A stretch of DNA of 64,000 nucleotides, taken from the NCBI GenBank assembly GCA_965222605.1, contig OZ244960.1, forward strand, positions 6,080,001-6,144,000. The letters run 5' to 3'. Of the stretch, positions 9,144 to 18,719 are shown piece after piece; the first letter of the stretch is position 1; every line of letters starts with the position of its first letter. Source of the DNA: Candidatus Latescibacterota bacterium. Its GTDB lineage: Bacteria > Latescibacterota > UBA2968. A program made the translations under genes and the position numbers. The notes beneath the pieces were generated by a model. The model was not told the DNA's origin and searched no databases. It saw nothing but the letters and a program-made list of their open reading frames with translations.

Positions 9144-11154
9144 TTAAAAACGCCGGATAACTCGAAAACCGAAGCTGCCGTCCCGGAGAACGGTGGTAAA
9201 CCCGCTGCGATTCGCCGAACGCAAGTCCCCCGGTTCGCCGTACCACGAACCACCACGCAACACGCGATAACCGCAGGCCCCAGACTCCCACTCACTCCCG
9301 TCTGTAGGAGCACCCACATAGCTATCATTCCAACAATCTTCCACCCACTCCCACACATTACCGTGCATGTCGTGAACACCCCAACCATTCGCGCTGAAGC
9401 TACCCACTGGTGCCGTCTCATCATTATCCCACCGACTGCCGCAACCATCGCAATTGGAACGGTTGCGACCTATCTCGTTACCCCAGCTATACCGCGTATC
9501 CGTCCCTGCCCGTGCCACATACTCCCATTCTGACTCGCTCAGTAAACCATACCTGTGACCCGTCCTTGCTGACAACCAACGCACATAAGACTCTGCATCG
9601 TCCCAACTCACATTGATCACTGGCCGATTACCTCAACCCCAGCCTCTATCCTCAGGACGATGCCCACCGCATCCTCCTGCATTTACACATGCATCCCACT
9701 CAGAAAACGTCACTTCATACACACCCACGGCCAGAGGATACCCTATATTCACGCGATGACGAGGTCCCTCATCATCATGACGGCCATCCTCGCCACTGGA
9801 TGACCCCATCGTGAATGATCCCGACGGCACTACCACCATCTCTGGGCATTCCGCACAGTCCTTACGTCCAATAATGCTATCCAGACCCGCGCTCGCTTTC
9901 TTATGTCCAGGCTCCAATGCCAATACCGCCTGATACTTCTCCCACGCATTCGCACCAGCAGGACTCGTCAGACGATCTCGTGCAAGATCTTCCTCTGCAC
10001 CTGATAACAGCGCAGACACCCTCGCTGCGTGTTCTCCTTCCTGCGCTTTAAGACGCTGATTGGGCACATATTCATATTGATAATATGAGACACCCCCTAT
10101 CAACACTGCAAGCAGACAGGCAATCGTAGCAAATAATTTCCCTTTAGATTTTTTGGGAGATTCTGATCGGTCATCGGTGCGCTGATGCACGGGGGACATC
10201 GACTTTCTGGCGATCCTGTCGTTCCGGTGGGGGAGTGGGTGGAGGCTCTGTCGGAGGAATACTCACGCCGCTTCCTGTTTCTTCTCCCAGCGCAACACGC
10301 CATTCAGCGATACTTTGTGGACGATTCGCCTTATGTACCTGCAACGACCTATCTATCGCTGAAAGAAATTCGTCACTCGCTCGACCCGCACATTGCTCAA
10401 CCACTGGCATCAGCGCGTCTTGGACTACTCTTTCTGTCGCATCCTCCGGCACTTGACCGGTCAACGCATGGTAGCACACGGCTCCCAATGCATAGATGCC
10501 TGTCCAGGGTCCTTGATCACCTCGACTTGAATACTGCTCTATTGGCGCGTAGCCCGGTGTGATGATGGACGTAATCGAACGGCTCTTCGTACTTATCGCT
10601 TGCCGCGCTGCGCCAAAGTCCAGCAACACAGGCGAATGGTCCGCATCCCGTATGATGATATTGCCCGGCTTGATGTCCCGGTGCAAGAAATCAGCCCCAT
10701 GCACCACCTCCAAACCTTCGAGGATCGGATACAAAATGGTTTTGAGTTCTTCTTCCCTCAGTGTCCCTCTGCTTTGAAGAAACTTCGATAAGGTGTCACC
10801 CTCGGCATATTCCATCACAATATACGCCGTGCCATGTGCCTGAAAAAAATGATGCACTTTAATAATGTGGCGATGGTCAAACCGGGCTAAGGTGCGCGCT
10901 TCGTCCCAAAAGCGATCCAATCCCCACGCAAAATCCGAGGCGGCCTGGGAGGACAGCGGTACGACCGACATATCGTGATCACGAACCGCAAGACCTTCGG
11001 GCAAATACTCTTTGATTGCCACGGGAATATCCAGTGTCATATTCCAGCCGAGATAGGTAATGCCAAAGCCGCCTTGACCTAAGATGCGGTGAAATTCAAA
11101 ATCCTGTATGCGCGTGCCCTGTGGCAGTGCCAATCGGTGGTGTGATTCGTTCAT
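9144..11154 (-). pseudogene. Ser/Thr kinase-TM-helical-FGE/C-type lectin receptor, DGR target 2, disrupted
   Basis: LGQGGFG, AIKE, HRDIKP, DFG; frameshift at the G5 run 10191..10195 relative to the paralog; TM helix; [13 protein letters not shown]; in-frame TGA at 9633..9635 in GWG*GNRPV; RGGSW...GFRV at the end. Confidence 0.9.
9159..9203 (-). repeat. DGR variable region VR2 (portion alignable to the surviving TR)
   Basis: Versus TR 12360..12404: 13 mismatches at TR adenines and 1 non-A mismatch in 45 nt. Confidence 0.9.
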
Positions 11155-12170
11155 CTCGTTCCTTTCGATTGGGTTGTGGTGTCGGGGGCTGTTAATGAAT
11201 TCGCGGGGGTGTCCTCAGTCTTTTCCTTTGACGATTCCTCGCTCACTTTGCCTGTATCGGTCTGCTTTGATTGCTGAACGGGAGACCCTGTGAGCTTTTC
11301 TTTAAAGGCAGACCAAAGTCCCGACAAGCCTGTTTCTTGTTTTGATTCTTGCGTCTCTTCGCGCGGACTGGATTCCTCATCGGGAAGCATGCCCTCCCCG
11401 CAATCGGCTTCTGGGCGGTAGAGCAATACCGTGGTATTGTCCTGATTGGGCCGTCCGACCTCTTCCACAGCATGGATGAGTGCCTCGGCGACTTCTTCAA
11501 GCGGCGCGTCATGCTTGTTCTCTATAATACGCGCGATCTCTTCATCCTCAAGGGTCATTACACCATCACTGGCCAATAACAGGCGGTCGCTTTTCCGTAT
11601 CGCAATCGGTTGGGATGAGACATCTATCAGGTGAATCTCATCGCCCATGACCGCTGACCGCAGGGCATGGCGGTTGGAATCCGTCGCCGCTTCTTCCTCT
11701 GTCATGCGCCCGACCGCCACCAGGTTTGCAAGCACGGGTGCCATGGAGTGATCGGCATTGAGGCGGTGCAATTTGCCGTCGCGAAACAGCCACAAGGGAG
11801 AATCGCCCACGCTGATCCAGTCGAGTCCATGTTGTGAAATGACTGCTGCGACCACGGTTGACCCCATGCCCTTCAGTTCGGGATTTTCGTCCGTTGCTTC
11901 GGCAAGGGCGTCATTGGCTGCGGTGAGACAGGCGCGCAGACAATCCGGTATTGGCCCCTCTGTGCTGTGATAGGTCTCCACAAAGGTCTTGACCACCATT
12001 CTGCTGGCCGTATCGCCGCTGACGTGTCCCCCCATCCCATCGGCGAGCAATAACACTTCGCCTCCGTCAGTGTCGGGATCGCCGCGCTCAATCAGGCCGT
12101 AATCGTCCTCCTGATATTCACGTCCGCCGGGAATTTGTTGTGCGGCAAATCGGCCTTTTAGTCGATTCAT
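11151..12170 (-). CDS. PP2C-family Ser/Thr phosphatase
   Basis: GREYQED, LADGMGGH, MGST, SVGDS, DHS, LASDG, DNTT; stop overlaps the kinase start (ATGA). Confidence 0.93.
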   Translation of the reverse strand: MNRLKGRFAAQQIPGGREYQEDDYGLIERGDPDTDGGEVLLLADGMGGHVSGDTASRMVVKTFVETYHSTEGPIPDCLRACLTAANDALAEATDENPELKGMGSTVVAAVISQHGLDWISVGDSPLWLFRDGKLHRLNADHSMAPVLANLVAVGRMTEEEAATDSNRHALRSAVMGDEIHLIDVSSQPIAIRKSDRLLLASDGVMTLEDEEIARIIENKHDAPLEEVAEALIHAVEEVGRPNQDNTTVLLYRPEADCGEGMLPDEESSPREETQESKQETGLSGLWSAFKEKLTGSPVQQSKQTDTGKVSEESSKEKTEDTPANSLTAPDTTTQSKGTR

Positions 12171-12227
12171 GGTGTTCCTCCATAACGGCGCAAGACCGCT
12201 GCTGTTTCGTAAGCATCGTAAAATATA

Positions 12228-12270
12228 GTGGTGTCCCTTCCTCACAGGTGCGAGGCAAAAGGAACACCAC
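12228..12270 (-). other. Long hairpin downstream of the DGR template repeat
   Basis: Minus strand GTGGTGTTCCTT..CCTC..GAGG..AAGGGACACCAC. Confidence 0.55.
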
Positions 12271-12358
12271 TCCTACCTCATCATGACCGCCCCTGGACGC
12301 CCCGTTGCACTCCCGGCAACATCCTGGTGTTATCGGTTCTGGCTAACGAGCGTGCGGA

Positions 12359-12404
12359 CAACTCGAAAACCGTTATTGTTGTTCCGGTTTTCGGTGGTAT
12401 TCCT
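12359..12404 (-). repeat. DGR template repeat (TR), 3' remnant
   Basis: Minus strand AGG AAT ACC ACC GAA AAC CGG AAC AAC AAT AAC GGT TTT CGA GTT G; AAC-rich; matches both VRs except at adenines. Confidence 0.92.
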
Positions 12405-12406
12405 GT

Positions 12407-12747
12407 GTGCGGGCACAGGCGATGCGCCGCCGCAGGTCACGCTTGAGGATTTCGTGGTCAATAGCAGGGAAGTAGCGATAGAGGTCGCAGCGCAATACAT
12501 GGCGAAAACGGTCTCGGAATGTTTCGTAGCGGGCTATGGCGCGATGGGTTCCCTTGCCCTTGCGATTGGCATAGGTATCATAAATAAAGCCGCGTTCAAA
12601 AATCGGCTCGCATACCGCGCAAAAAGCGTGATGCACCACCCGATCTCGAAAGGGCGCAGCCGAGACGATGCGGTGCTTGGGGTCGAATATCTCGATCTCG
12701 GTGTATCGCCCCGGACGGTATTGACCTGTTTTGAGTTCCCGCTCTAA
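12407..12747 (-). pseudogene. DGR reverse transcriptase, internal fragment (~113 aa)
   Basis: ELKTGQYRPG.Y..I.I.DPK.R.VSAAPFRDRVVHHA, FIYDTYANRKGKGTHRA, VLRCDLYRYFPAIDHEIL; N-terminus and the YxDD-containing half are missing. Confidence 0.92.
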
Positions 12748-12913
12748 GGGATTCCAACACGTTGAGGGCAGTACTTTGTATGCGGTCGCCCAGTAGGAAC
12801 TTCTGATTGCGGGGAAATCGCTCCAGTGTAGGCACGAGCCACAGGATGAACTGGTAATGTGCCTCCAGTGCCGGCCCAGTTTGACGTGCGTTGATCCTTG
12901 ACAGATCATTCAA
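12746..12913 (-). pseudogene. avd: DGR accessory protein Avd, N-terminal half (56 aa)
   Basis: AGGAG RBS and TTG start; GPALEAHYQFILWLVPTLERFPRNQKFLLGDRIQ..ALNVLESL; joined out of frame to the RT fragment. Confidence 0.88.
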
Positions 12914-13043
12914 AAGATGGACTCCTGATAAAACACCCCTCAAAAAAAATCGTAAAACCCCCGGGAAAACCCAAAATCAACCCCCTCAAAATCCAAAACT
13001 CTCCCTCCCCCAAAAAAGAGGTAAAGAGGTAAGGATAAAAGAG

Positions 13044-14978
13044 TTAAAAACGCCGGGCAACTCGAAAACCGTAATCGTCGTACCGGTATACGGTGGGATT
13101 CCAGAAGCGATTCGCCGAACGCAAGAGCCTCGGATAGTAGTACCACGAACCACCACGCAACACGCGTCTATCGCAATTACCAGACTCCCACGCAGACCCA
13201 TCTATAGGTGCCCCCACATAGCTGTCATTCCAACAGTCTTCCACCCATTCCCACCCATTCCCGTGCATATCGTGAACACCCCAACCATTCGCCCTGAAAC
13301 TTCCCACAGATACGGTATTCCCTCTATACACACCTTTCCGACCAGTACCGTAGGTATAATTACCATTGTAATTCGCTTGATCCGTCGATATTGTTGTACC
13401 AAAATGAAAGGGCGTCTCCGTACCCGCTCGCGCCACATACTCCCATTCCGATTCACTCAGTAAACCATACCGGTGACCTGTCTTTTGAGATAACCAACGC
13501 ACATAAGACTGTGCATCGTCCCAACTCATGCACACCACAGGATGGCTATCCGCCTGAGAATAATTAGGATTACGCCAACTTATCCCTCTTCGATTCTCCC
13601 ATTTAATGGAGGAACTATTCCAAACATAACAAGAATTTCCCGCATTGTACCCCGTATCTGACACAAAACTGGAAAACTCTCTTCGCGTCACTTCATACAC
13701 ACCCACGGCCAGAGGATACCCTATATTCACGCGATGACGAGGGCCCTCATCGTCATAACGATCTTCCTCGCTACTGGGAGAACCCATCGTGAACGATCCC
13801 GACGGCACTACCACCATCTCTGGGCATTCCGCACAGTCCTTGAATTTCCTGCCTGCGCGATGAAGCTCTGCCTCGCGCGCTGCTGACAACCGATCTTCCA
13901 GTTCCGATTGGTAATAATAGACACCCCCTATCAGCACGGTAAGCAGGCAGGCTACTGTTGCAATTAATTTCCCTTTAGGTTTCTTGGAAGATTCTGAGCG
14001 GTCATCGGTGCGCTGATGCACGGAGGGAACAGCGACTTCCTCTCGATCCTGTTTTTTTGATGGGGGAGTGGTTGGAGGCTTTCTCGGGCCGCTTCCTGTT
14101 TCTTCTCCCAGCGCAACACGCCATTCAGCGATACTTTGCGGACGATTCTCCTTATGCACCTGCAACGCCCAATCTATTGCCGATAGAAATTCGACACGCG
14201 CTTGACCCGCGCATTGCTCAGACGCTGGAATGAGCGGATCAAGGGCTACTCTGTCTGGTGCCTCATCAGGACCCTCACCGGCCAAGGCGCGATAGCACAC
14301 CGCACCCAATGCATAAATGTCTGTACCCGGTCCTTGTTCTCCCCGACTCGAATACTGCTCTATTGGCGAGTAAGGTGGTGAGATAATCGCATCAATAGAC
14401 TGGCTCCTAATACCGATCGCCTGACGCGCTGCGCCAAAGTCCAACAGCACAGGCGAATTGTCCGCATCCCGTATGATGATGTTGAGAGGCTTGATGTCAC
14501 GGTGCAAGAAATCAACCCCATGCACCTCCTCCAAACCATCCAGTATCGGATACAAAATGGCTTTGAGTTCGGCTTCACTCAGCGGCCCTCTGCTTTGCAG
14601 AAACTTCGATAAGGTCTCGCCCTCGGCATATTCCATCACGATATACGCCGTGCCATGGGTTTGAAAAAAGCGATGCACTTTAATGATGTGGCGATGATCG
14701 AACCGGGCTAAGGTGCGCGCTTCGTCCAAAAAACGATCCAATCCCCACTCAAAATCATCTCGAAACTGACTCGCTTGTGGAGCTACGCTGTTGTCGCCTG
14801 TGCGCGTGGCTATATCCGATGGCAGGTATTCCTTAATCGCAACGGCTTTGTCCAGGTTGTGGTCAAAGCCGAGGTAGGTCATGCCGAAGCCGCCAAATCC
14901 GAGCACGCGCACCAGTTCGTATTCCTGGAGCCGATGCCCCTGGGGCAGGGCATTGAGGGGGTGGTGTGCGTCGTTCAT
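13044..14978 (-). CDS. Ser/Thr kinase-TM-FGE/C-type lectin receptor, DGR target 1, intact ORF
   Basis: LGFGGFG, AIKE, HRDIKP, DFG, DIYALG; TM LIATVACLLTVLIGGVYYY; [59 protein letters not shown]. Confidence 0.95.
   Translation of the reverse strand: MNDAHHPLNALPQGHRLQEYELVRVLGFGGFGMTYLGFDHNLDKAVAIKEYLPSDIATRTGDNSVAPQASQFRDDFEWGLDRFLDEARTLARFDHRHIIKVHRFFQTHGTAYIVMEYAEGETLSKFLQSRGPLSEAELKAILYPILDGLEEVHGVDFLHRDIKPLNIIIRDADNSPVLLDFGAARQAIGIRSQSIDAIISPPYSPIEQYSSRGEQGPGTDIYALGAVCYRALAGEGPDEAPDRVALDPLIPASEQCAGQARVEFLSAIDWALQVHKENRPQSIAEWRVALGEETGSGPRKPPTTPPSKKQDREEVAVPSVHQRTDDRSESSKKPKGKLIATVACLLTVLIGGVYYYQSELEDRLSAAREAELHRAGRKFKDCAECPEMVVVPSGSFTMGSPSSEEDRYDDEGPRHRVNIGYPLAVGVYEVTRREFSSFVSDTGYNAGNSCYVWNSSSIKWENRRGISWRNPNYSQADSHPVVCMSWDDAQSYVRWLSQKTGHRYGLLSESEWEYVARAGTETPFHFGTTISTDQANYNGNYTYGTGRKGVYRGNTVSVGSFRANGWGVHDMHGNGWEWVEDCWNDSYVGAPIDGSAWESGNCDRRVLRGGSWYYYPRLLRSANRFWNPTVYRYDDYGFRVARRF
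13058..13103 (-). repeat. DGR variable region VR1 (portion alignable to the surviving TR)
   Basis: Versus TR 12359..12404: 8 mismatches in 46 nt, all at TR adenines. Confidence 0.92.
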
Positions 14979-15013
14979 AGTATTTCCCTTGATGGTGTGT
15001 TCTTATTCCCGGG

Positions 15014-15718
15014 TTATTGTCCAGCACTTTCTTCTGTATCCTGCCAGTCAAACGCATCGCCGCACAGGGGCACAAAGCGAAGAATCGTATTGCCGATGCT
15101 AATATGACTCAGTGCGGGCAGTTCAGTCGGAATGAGCACAGGTTCGTCGTTGAGGTAGGTCAGGTTGGTGCCGCCGCCATGCTGTACGTAAAATTTCTTG
15201 CCCCGGGGATCGTAGGTGACAACCGCATGTCCACCGCGCGAAATTTGATCATCACCAAAATTGAGTTTGACGCGTGCGGTTTCTCCGCGCCCAATGGGAT
15301 TGGAGCCATAGCCCAATTGCATGGCCCTGCCTTTGCCCGGTCCTTCGACAATGGCCAACCATCCCACAACGGGATCATCCATGCCATCGGCTTTCTCTGC
15401 GCTTTCTTCCGACGATTGCGGACCTTTCTGCCTGGTACGACCACCTGTGTTTATGCGCGTGCGTTCTTCTTCATCCGAACGTCCCGCGTCGGTGGCTCGA
15501 CCACCGCCTTTCGGTACTGTTGGCCGTTGTTGCATTGGCTTTGTGGGATCCTCTAAACGTCCCCCACCGGGGGCTTGACCACCGCCCGGTGGCACTGACG
15601 GCCTGTTTGCGCCATCAGGTTGTGGCAGGGTATTCTCATCACGCCTGACATTCGGTGATGGAGTCGGCTTGCTTTTTTCTTCAACGATATTGCCATCGGG
15701 ATCGCGATAAACAGGCAT
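15014..15718 (-). CDS. FHA-domain protein with a Pro/Thr-rich disordered N-terminus
   Basis: VVGWL.IVEGPGKG..IGRG..D.QISR..HA..YD..TNLTYLN..IG.T.L.FVPLCG. Confidence 0.88.
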   Translation of the reverse strand: MPVYRDPDGNIVEEKSKPTPSPNVRRDENTLPQPDGANRPSVPPGGGQAPGGGRLEDPTKPMQQRPTVPKGGGRATDAGRSDEEERTRINTGGRTRQKGPQSSEESAEKADGMDDPVVGWLAIVEGPGKGRAMQLGYGSNPIGRGETARVKLNFGDDQISRGGHAVVTYDPRGKKFYVQHGGGTNLTYLNDEPVLIPTELPALSHISIGNTILRFVPLCGDAFDWQDTEESAGQ

Positions 15719-15730
15719 AACACTATCCTC

Positions 15731-16515
15731 CTATTTTTCATAGAGTCGGTTGATTAAATTATCCAAACAGTACTGCCCCGATTGATTCAGGGCCATTTCT
15801 TCTTTTTGTTGCACGATATGCAGGGCAAAAACCAACAGAGCCGATTGGATCAGGGCGAGTAAGGTCGTGTAAAAGGCCACGCTTAGTCGCCCGGTGATCT
15901 CCGCCAGTAGCGTTGGATCCTGGGGCTTTTCATTGCTTCCCGCATAATCCAGGGCAAAGGCGATCCCCACAACCGTGCCAATAAAGCCCAACGTGGGGAT
16001 CAGCCAGACGAGGTACCGCAACATGGTATATTTGAGTTCAAGCTCGTGCTGAAATAACTCCAGGGAGGAATTTAATAGGGAATTGGTCTGATTGACCGAT
16101 CTGCTCCCTTGAAATTGCAAAATGCAGCGCATGGTTAAGCGCTGTAAAAAGAATGTCCGTTCTCCCACCACTGGGCGCATCCTGTTGTAGAGAGAACCCA
16201 GGTCTTGCGCCCGCAACATGGTTGTTTCGTCTTCCGGCAGGTATCGCTTTGATAGTTGCGCCAATTCCAAATTAGATTGATTAAATTGCCCCCAAATCTC
16301 GCCACAGCCAATAAAAAACATAATCCACATGACATTTTGGATCGTAAACGGATAGAGGAAACTTTTCGTATGCCGGTCGAGCAAAAAAGCACCGGCTTGT
16401 GAATCCTTGCAGACAAAAAAATGCTCATTAACGCAATGGCGATAATGCCAATAACCGTACTAACCCCAAGTGCGATGAGGCGTTGATTTGTCTCTGCATT
16501 TTGACCCTGTGTCAT
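15731..16515 (-). pseudogene. MotA/TolQ/ExbB proton-channel family protein, frameshifted
   Basis: WLIPTLGFIGTVVGI and AFYTTL.AL motifs; the N-terminal TM (ATG 16515) is in a different frame, with the shift near 16400..16421. Confidence 0.82.
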
Positions 16516-16516
16516 G

Positions 16517-16909
16517 TTAGTCCTCGTTTTGAATGATTTCACCTGTTTCTATTTTGCGACGCACCGCCCCCTCGGGTAAGTCATTCGTCGGCGATTTCTC
16601 TTCGCTCGAATGCTCATCCCCTTTATTATCACCAGCACCTCGAGCGACCATAGCGATAAGTTGTGGTGCGGTCGTCTGATAGCGACCAAGCAAAATAACG
16701 TCCGTCGGACGAATAAAATCCTGCCTGATGGGGATCCATTCGCCATTTCGCGCAACATAACTTCCGCCGCTACTGCCGCAATCGGTCAGATAGAACGTCC
16801 CTTTTGCAGTCATGACCAACTCGGCGTGGATGCGCGAGACTGTGATGTCGTCAAGGCGAATATCCATGTCCGAATTGCGACCAATTTTATACGTGGAAAA
16901 GTTGGACAT
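16517..16909 (-). CDS. Small FHA-domain protein
   Basis: KIGR..DI.LDD.TVSR.HA..LTDCGSSGG. Confidence 0.88.
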   Translation of the reverse strand: MSNFSTYKIGRNSDMDIRLDDITVSRIHAELVMTAKGTFYLTDCGSSGGSYVARNGEWIPIRQDFIRPTDVILLGRYQTTAPQLIAMVARGAGDNKGDEHSSEEKSPTNDLPEGAVRRKIETGEIIQNED

Positions 16910-16925
16910 TTCGAATCCTTTCTGT

Positions 16926-17306
16926 TCAACCGAGTTTAGCACCTACAAGGTACCCGACGTTCTGCTCTGTCAACTGTATTAAAAAATCGATACTGCCAGA
17001 CATATCTACTACGATTACAAACTTTTTTGCTATGGTCTTGATACCCAGTAAAACAGATGTACTATCTTTCTGTACCGCTTTGCCTCCGCCTCCTGCAAGC
17101 TTGTCTTTCTCTCCTATGAGTTTATCTTTCTCTCCCATGAGTTTGTCTCTCTCTTGGATGAGTTTGGCTATTTCTTCAGCATCGCCGGTATTTGGAAAGT
17201 ATGGAAACAGGACAAAGGCAATGAGTATGAACGCGCCCATTGCCGAAGCGAAGAGATCGAGCGCAGACATGCTGAAGATGTTCAGTTCTCGGTTGCGGGA
17301 TTTCAT
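16926..17306 (-). pseudogene. MotB/ExbD-like membrane anchor, coiled coil and truncated vWA domain
   Basis: IFSMSALDLFASAMGAFIL (conserved TM Asp), EKDKL heptads, FVIVVDMSGS (MIDAS DxSxS); ends ~20 aa later. Confidence 0.68.
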
Positions 17307-17321
17307 TACGAGGCACTCCTG

Positions 17322-18719
17322 TTAAAATTTTGAAACCATGACCTCCAGACCACCCAGCGCAACGGTAGCGCCATAGTCTAACTGCGCTAGGCGAAATGGA
17401 GACAAGCGATGACCATTCAAGAACGTTCCATTACTCGAGTACAGATCTTCGATATAAAATTGGTCATCCTGAACTGTAATTCTCAAATGGCGCCGGGATA
17501 CCTGTTCATCATGGATAACTTCATCTACCAGATCGGGATGCCTGCCCAGTGAAAGTCCCGGGCGTTGCTCTGCAAATTTTTCTGGCGATAGCGCGATGTG
17601 AATGCGGTTGCCCTGACCGTCAAATCCGGCCAGCACCAGTCCACGTGTTGGGCGTTGTTTTTCTGGTTGTTGTTTTTCTACTTGTTGTTGAACCGCGCCA
17701 TCGCGTTCTCGCCTTCTGATAGGGCGGCTCATCTGATCTATGACTTGAATGATCTGTTGCCGGGGTCTTCTTAAGCCAAGTAACAGGGCTGCCAATGTCA
17801 AACTGCCCAATAATATGCCCCAGACAAGAGTTTGCTGGCTCGCTTCTTCTGCACGACGCTTTGCTTCATCTGCCTTTTGTTGCGCCTTTTCCATTTCCCG
17901 GTTTGCTTCTTCTGATCGGCGTTTGGCTTCTTCTGCCTGACGCTTGGTCTCTTCCGCCTCTTGAAGTGCCTCTTCCGATCTTCCAGAATCTCCATTACCG
18001 ACATTTGACAAACACGGACTGTTCTCTGATTGGAAGGGAATAGTGTGATATTGCAAGAGCCTTACCAATTCCTGAATATGAGAGGCATAGAAAGCACCTG
18101 GTTTCTCTCCTTCGATTCCCTGAGTATTCACGCCAACCGCTCTGCCACAGTCATCCAACAAAGGCCCACCGCTGTTGCCGGGATTGATTTGTGCACTATG
18201 GTGAAGAATGCGTAATTGTTGATTTCTACCCTCAAGTCCCCAGGGAGCCGTATAATCTCGGCTAATGTCGCCACTTCGCGCTGTTGTATCTTTGGCTTTC
18301 TCGTGTATATCGCCAACACTGGGATAGCCGAGAGAATACACCTTTTGTAATTTTTTGATTGGCGCGAGCGAAAGAGTAATCGGCGAAAGATTTATATTTG
18401 GGACATGCAGGATTGCCAGGTCGCGTTGAAAGTCTCTGACGACCACTTTCGCATCATACGATGTACTGGAATTTGTTGGCACTACCACGATTTTAAGGCC
18501 ATTCTCAATCACATGGTAGTTTGTCGCAATATAACCACTACAGTTTATCACAAATCCAGAACCTGTACCGGTCCCTTGACTTGTCTCTGTTACAATACGC
18601 ACGACACTCTTCTCAATTACATCAATAGTATCGACCAGCGCGGCGGCTGCATCGTGCCCGTGAAGTAGAAATGCGAGAACAAGACCGGCAAGACGCCAAT
18701 ATTTGAGTTTGTTTGGCAT
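17322..18719 (-). CDS. Signal peptide-trypsin-like serine protease-coiled coil-TM-FHA protein
   Basis: GSGF, TNYHV, DLAIL, INPGNSGGPL (complete triad); TM; LGR..VSRRH..EDL.SSNGTFLNG. Confidence 0.92.
   Translation of the reverse strand: MPNKLKYWRLAGLVLAFLLHGHDAAAALVDTIDVIEKSVVRIVTETSQGTGTGSGFVINCSGYIATNYHVIENGLKIVVVPTNSSTSYDAKVVVRDFQRDLAILHVPNINLSPITLSLAPIKKLQKVYSLGYPSVGDIHEKAKDTTARSGDISRDYTAPWGLEGRNQQLRILHHSAQINPGNSGGPLLDDCGRAVGVNTQGIEGEKPGAFYASHIQELVRLLQYHTIPFQSENSPCLSNVGNGDSGRSEEALQEAEETKRQAEEAKRRSEEANREMEKAQQKADEAKRRAEEASQQTLVWGILLGSLTLAALLLGLRRPRQQIIQVIDQMSRPIRRRERDGAVQQQVEKQQPEKQRPTRGLVLAGFDGQGNRIHIALSPEKFAEQRPGLSLGRHPDLVDEVIHDEQVSRRHLRITVQDDQFYIEDLYSSNGTFLNGHRLSPFRLAQLDYGATVALGGLEVMVSKF

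Noticed and set aside
9633-9635. TGA in target 2 as selenocysteine
   Set aside because: The position corresponds to Arg in the usual GWGRG.RPV motif, not Cys, and the gene also has a frameshift.
12373-12909. 178-aa ORF as a single intact short RT or retron
   Set aside because: It is a chimera: the N-terminus is avd read out of frame, the middle is an RT fragment lacking YxDD, and the end is the TR.
9144-14978. FGE domains as true formylglycine-generating enzymes serving the nearby sulfatases
   Set aside because: They lack the catalytic CxxxxC near RGGS, are fused to kinase-TM regions and carry DGR variable regions.
15731-17306. Canonical Zorya, flagellar stator or T6SS locus
   Set aside because: There is no OmpA-domain ZorB, zorC/D/E, flagellar gene or T6SS structural gene in the window, despite the FHA, PP2C and kinase genes.
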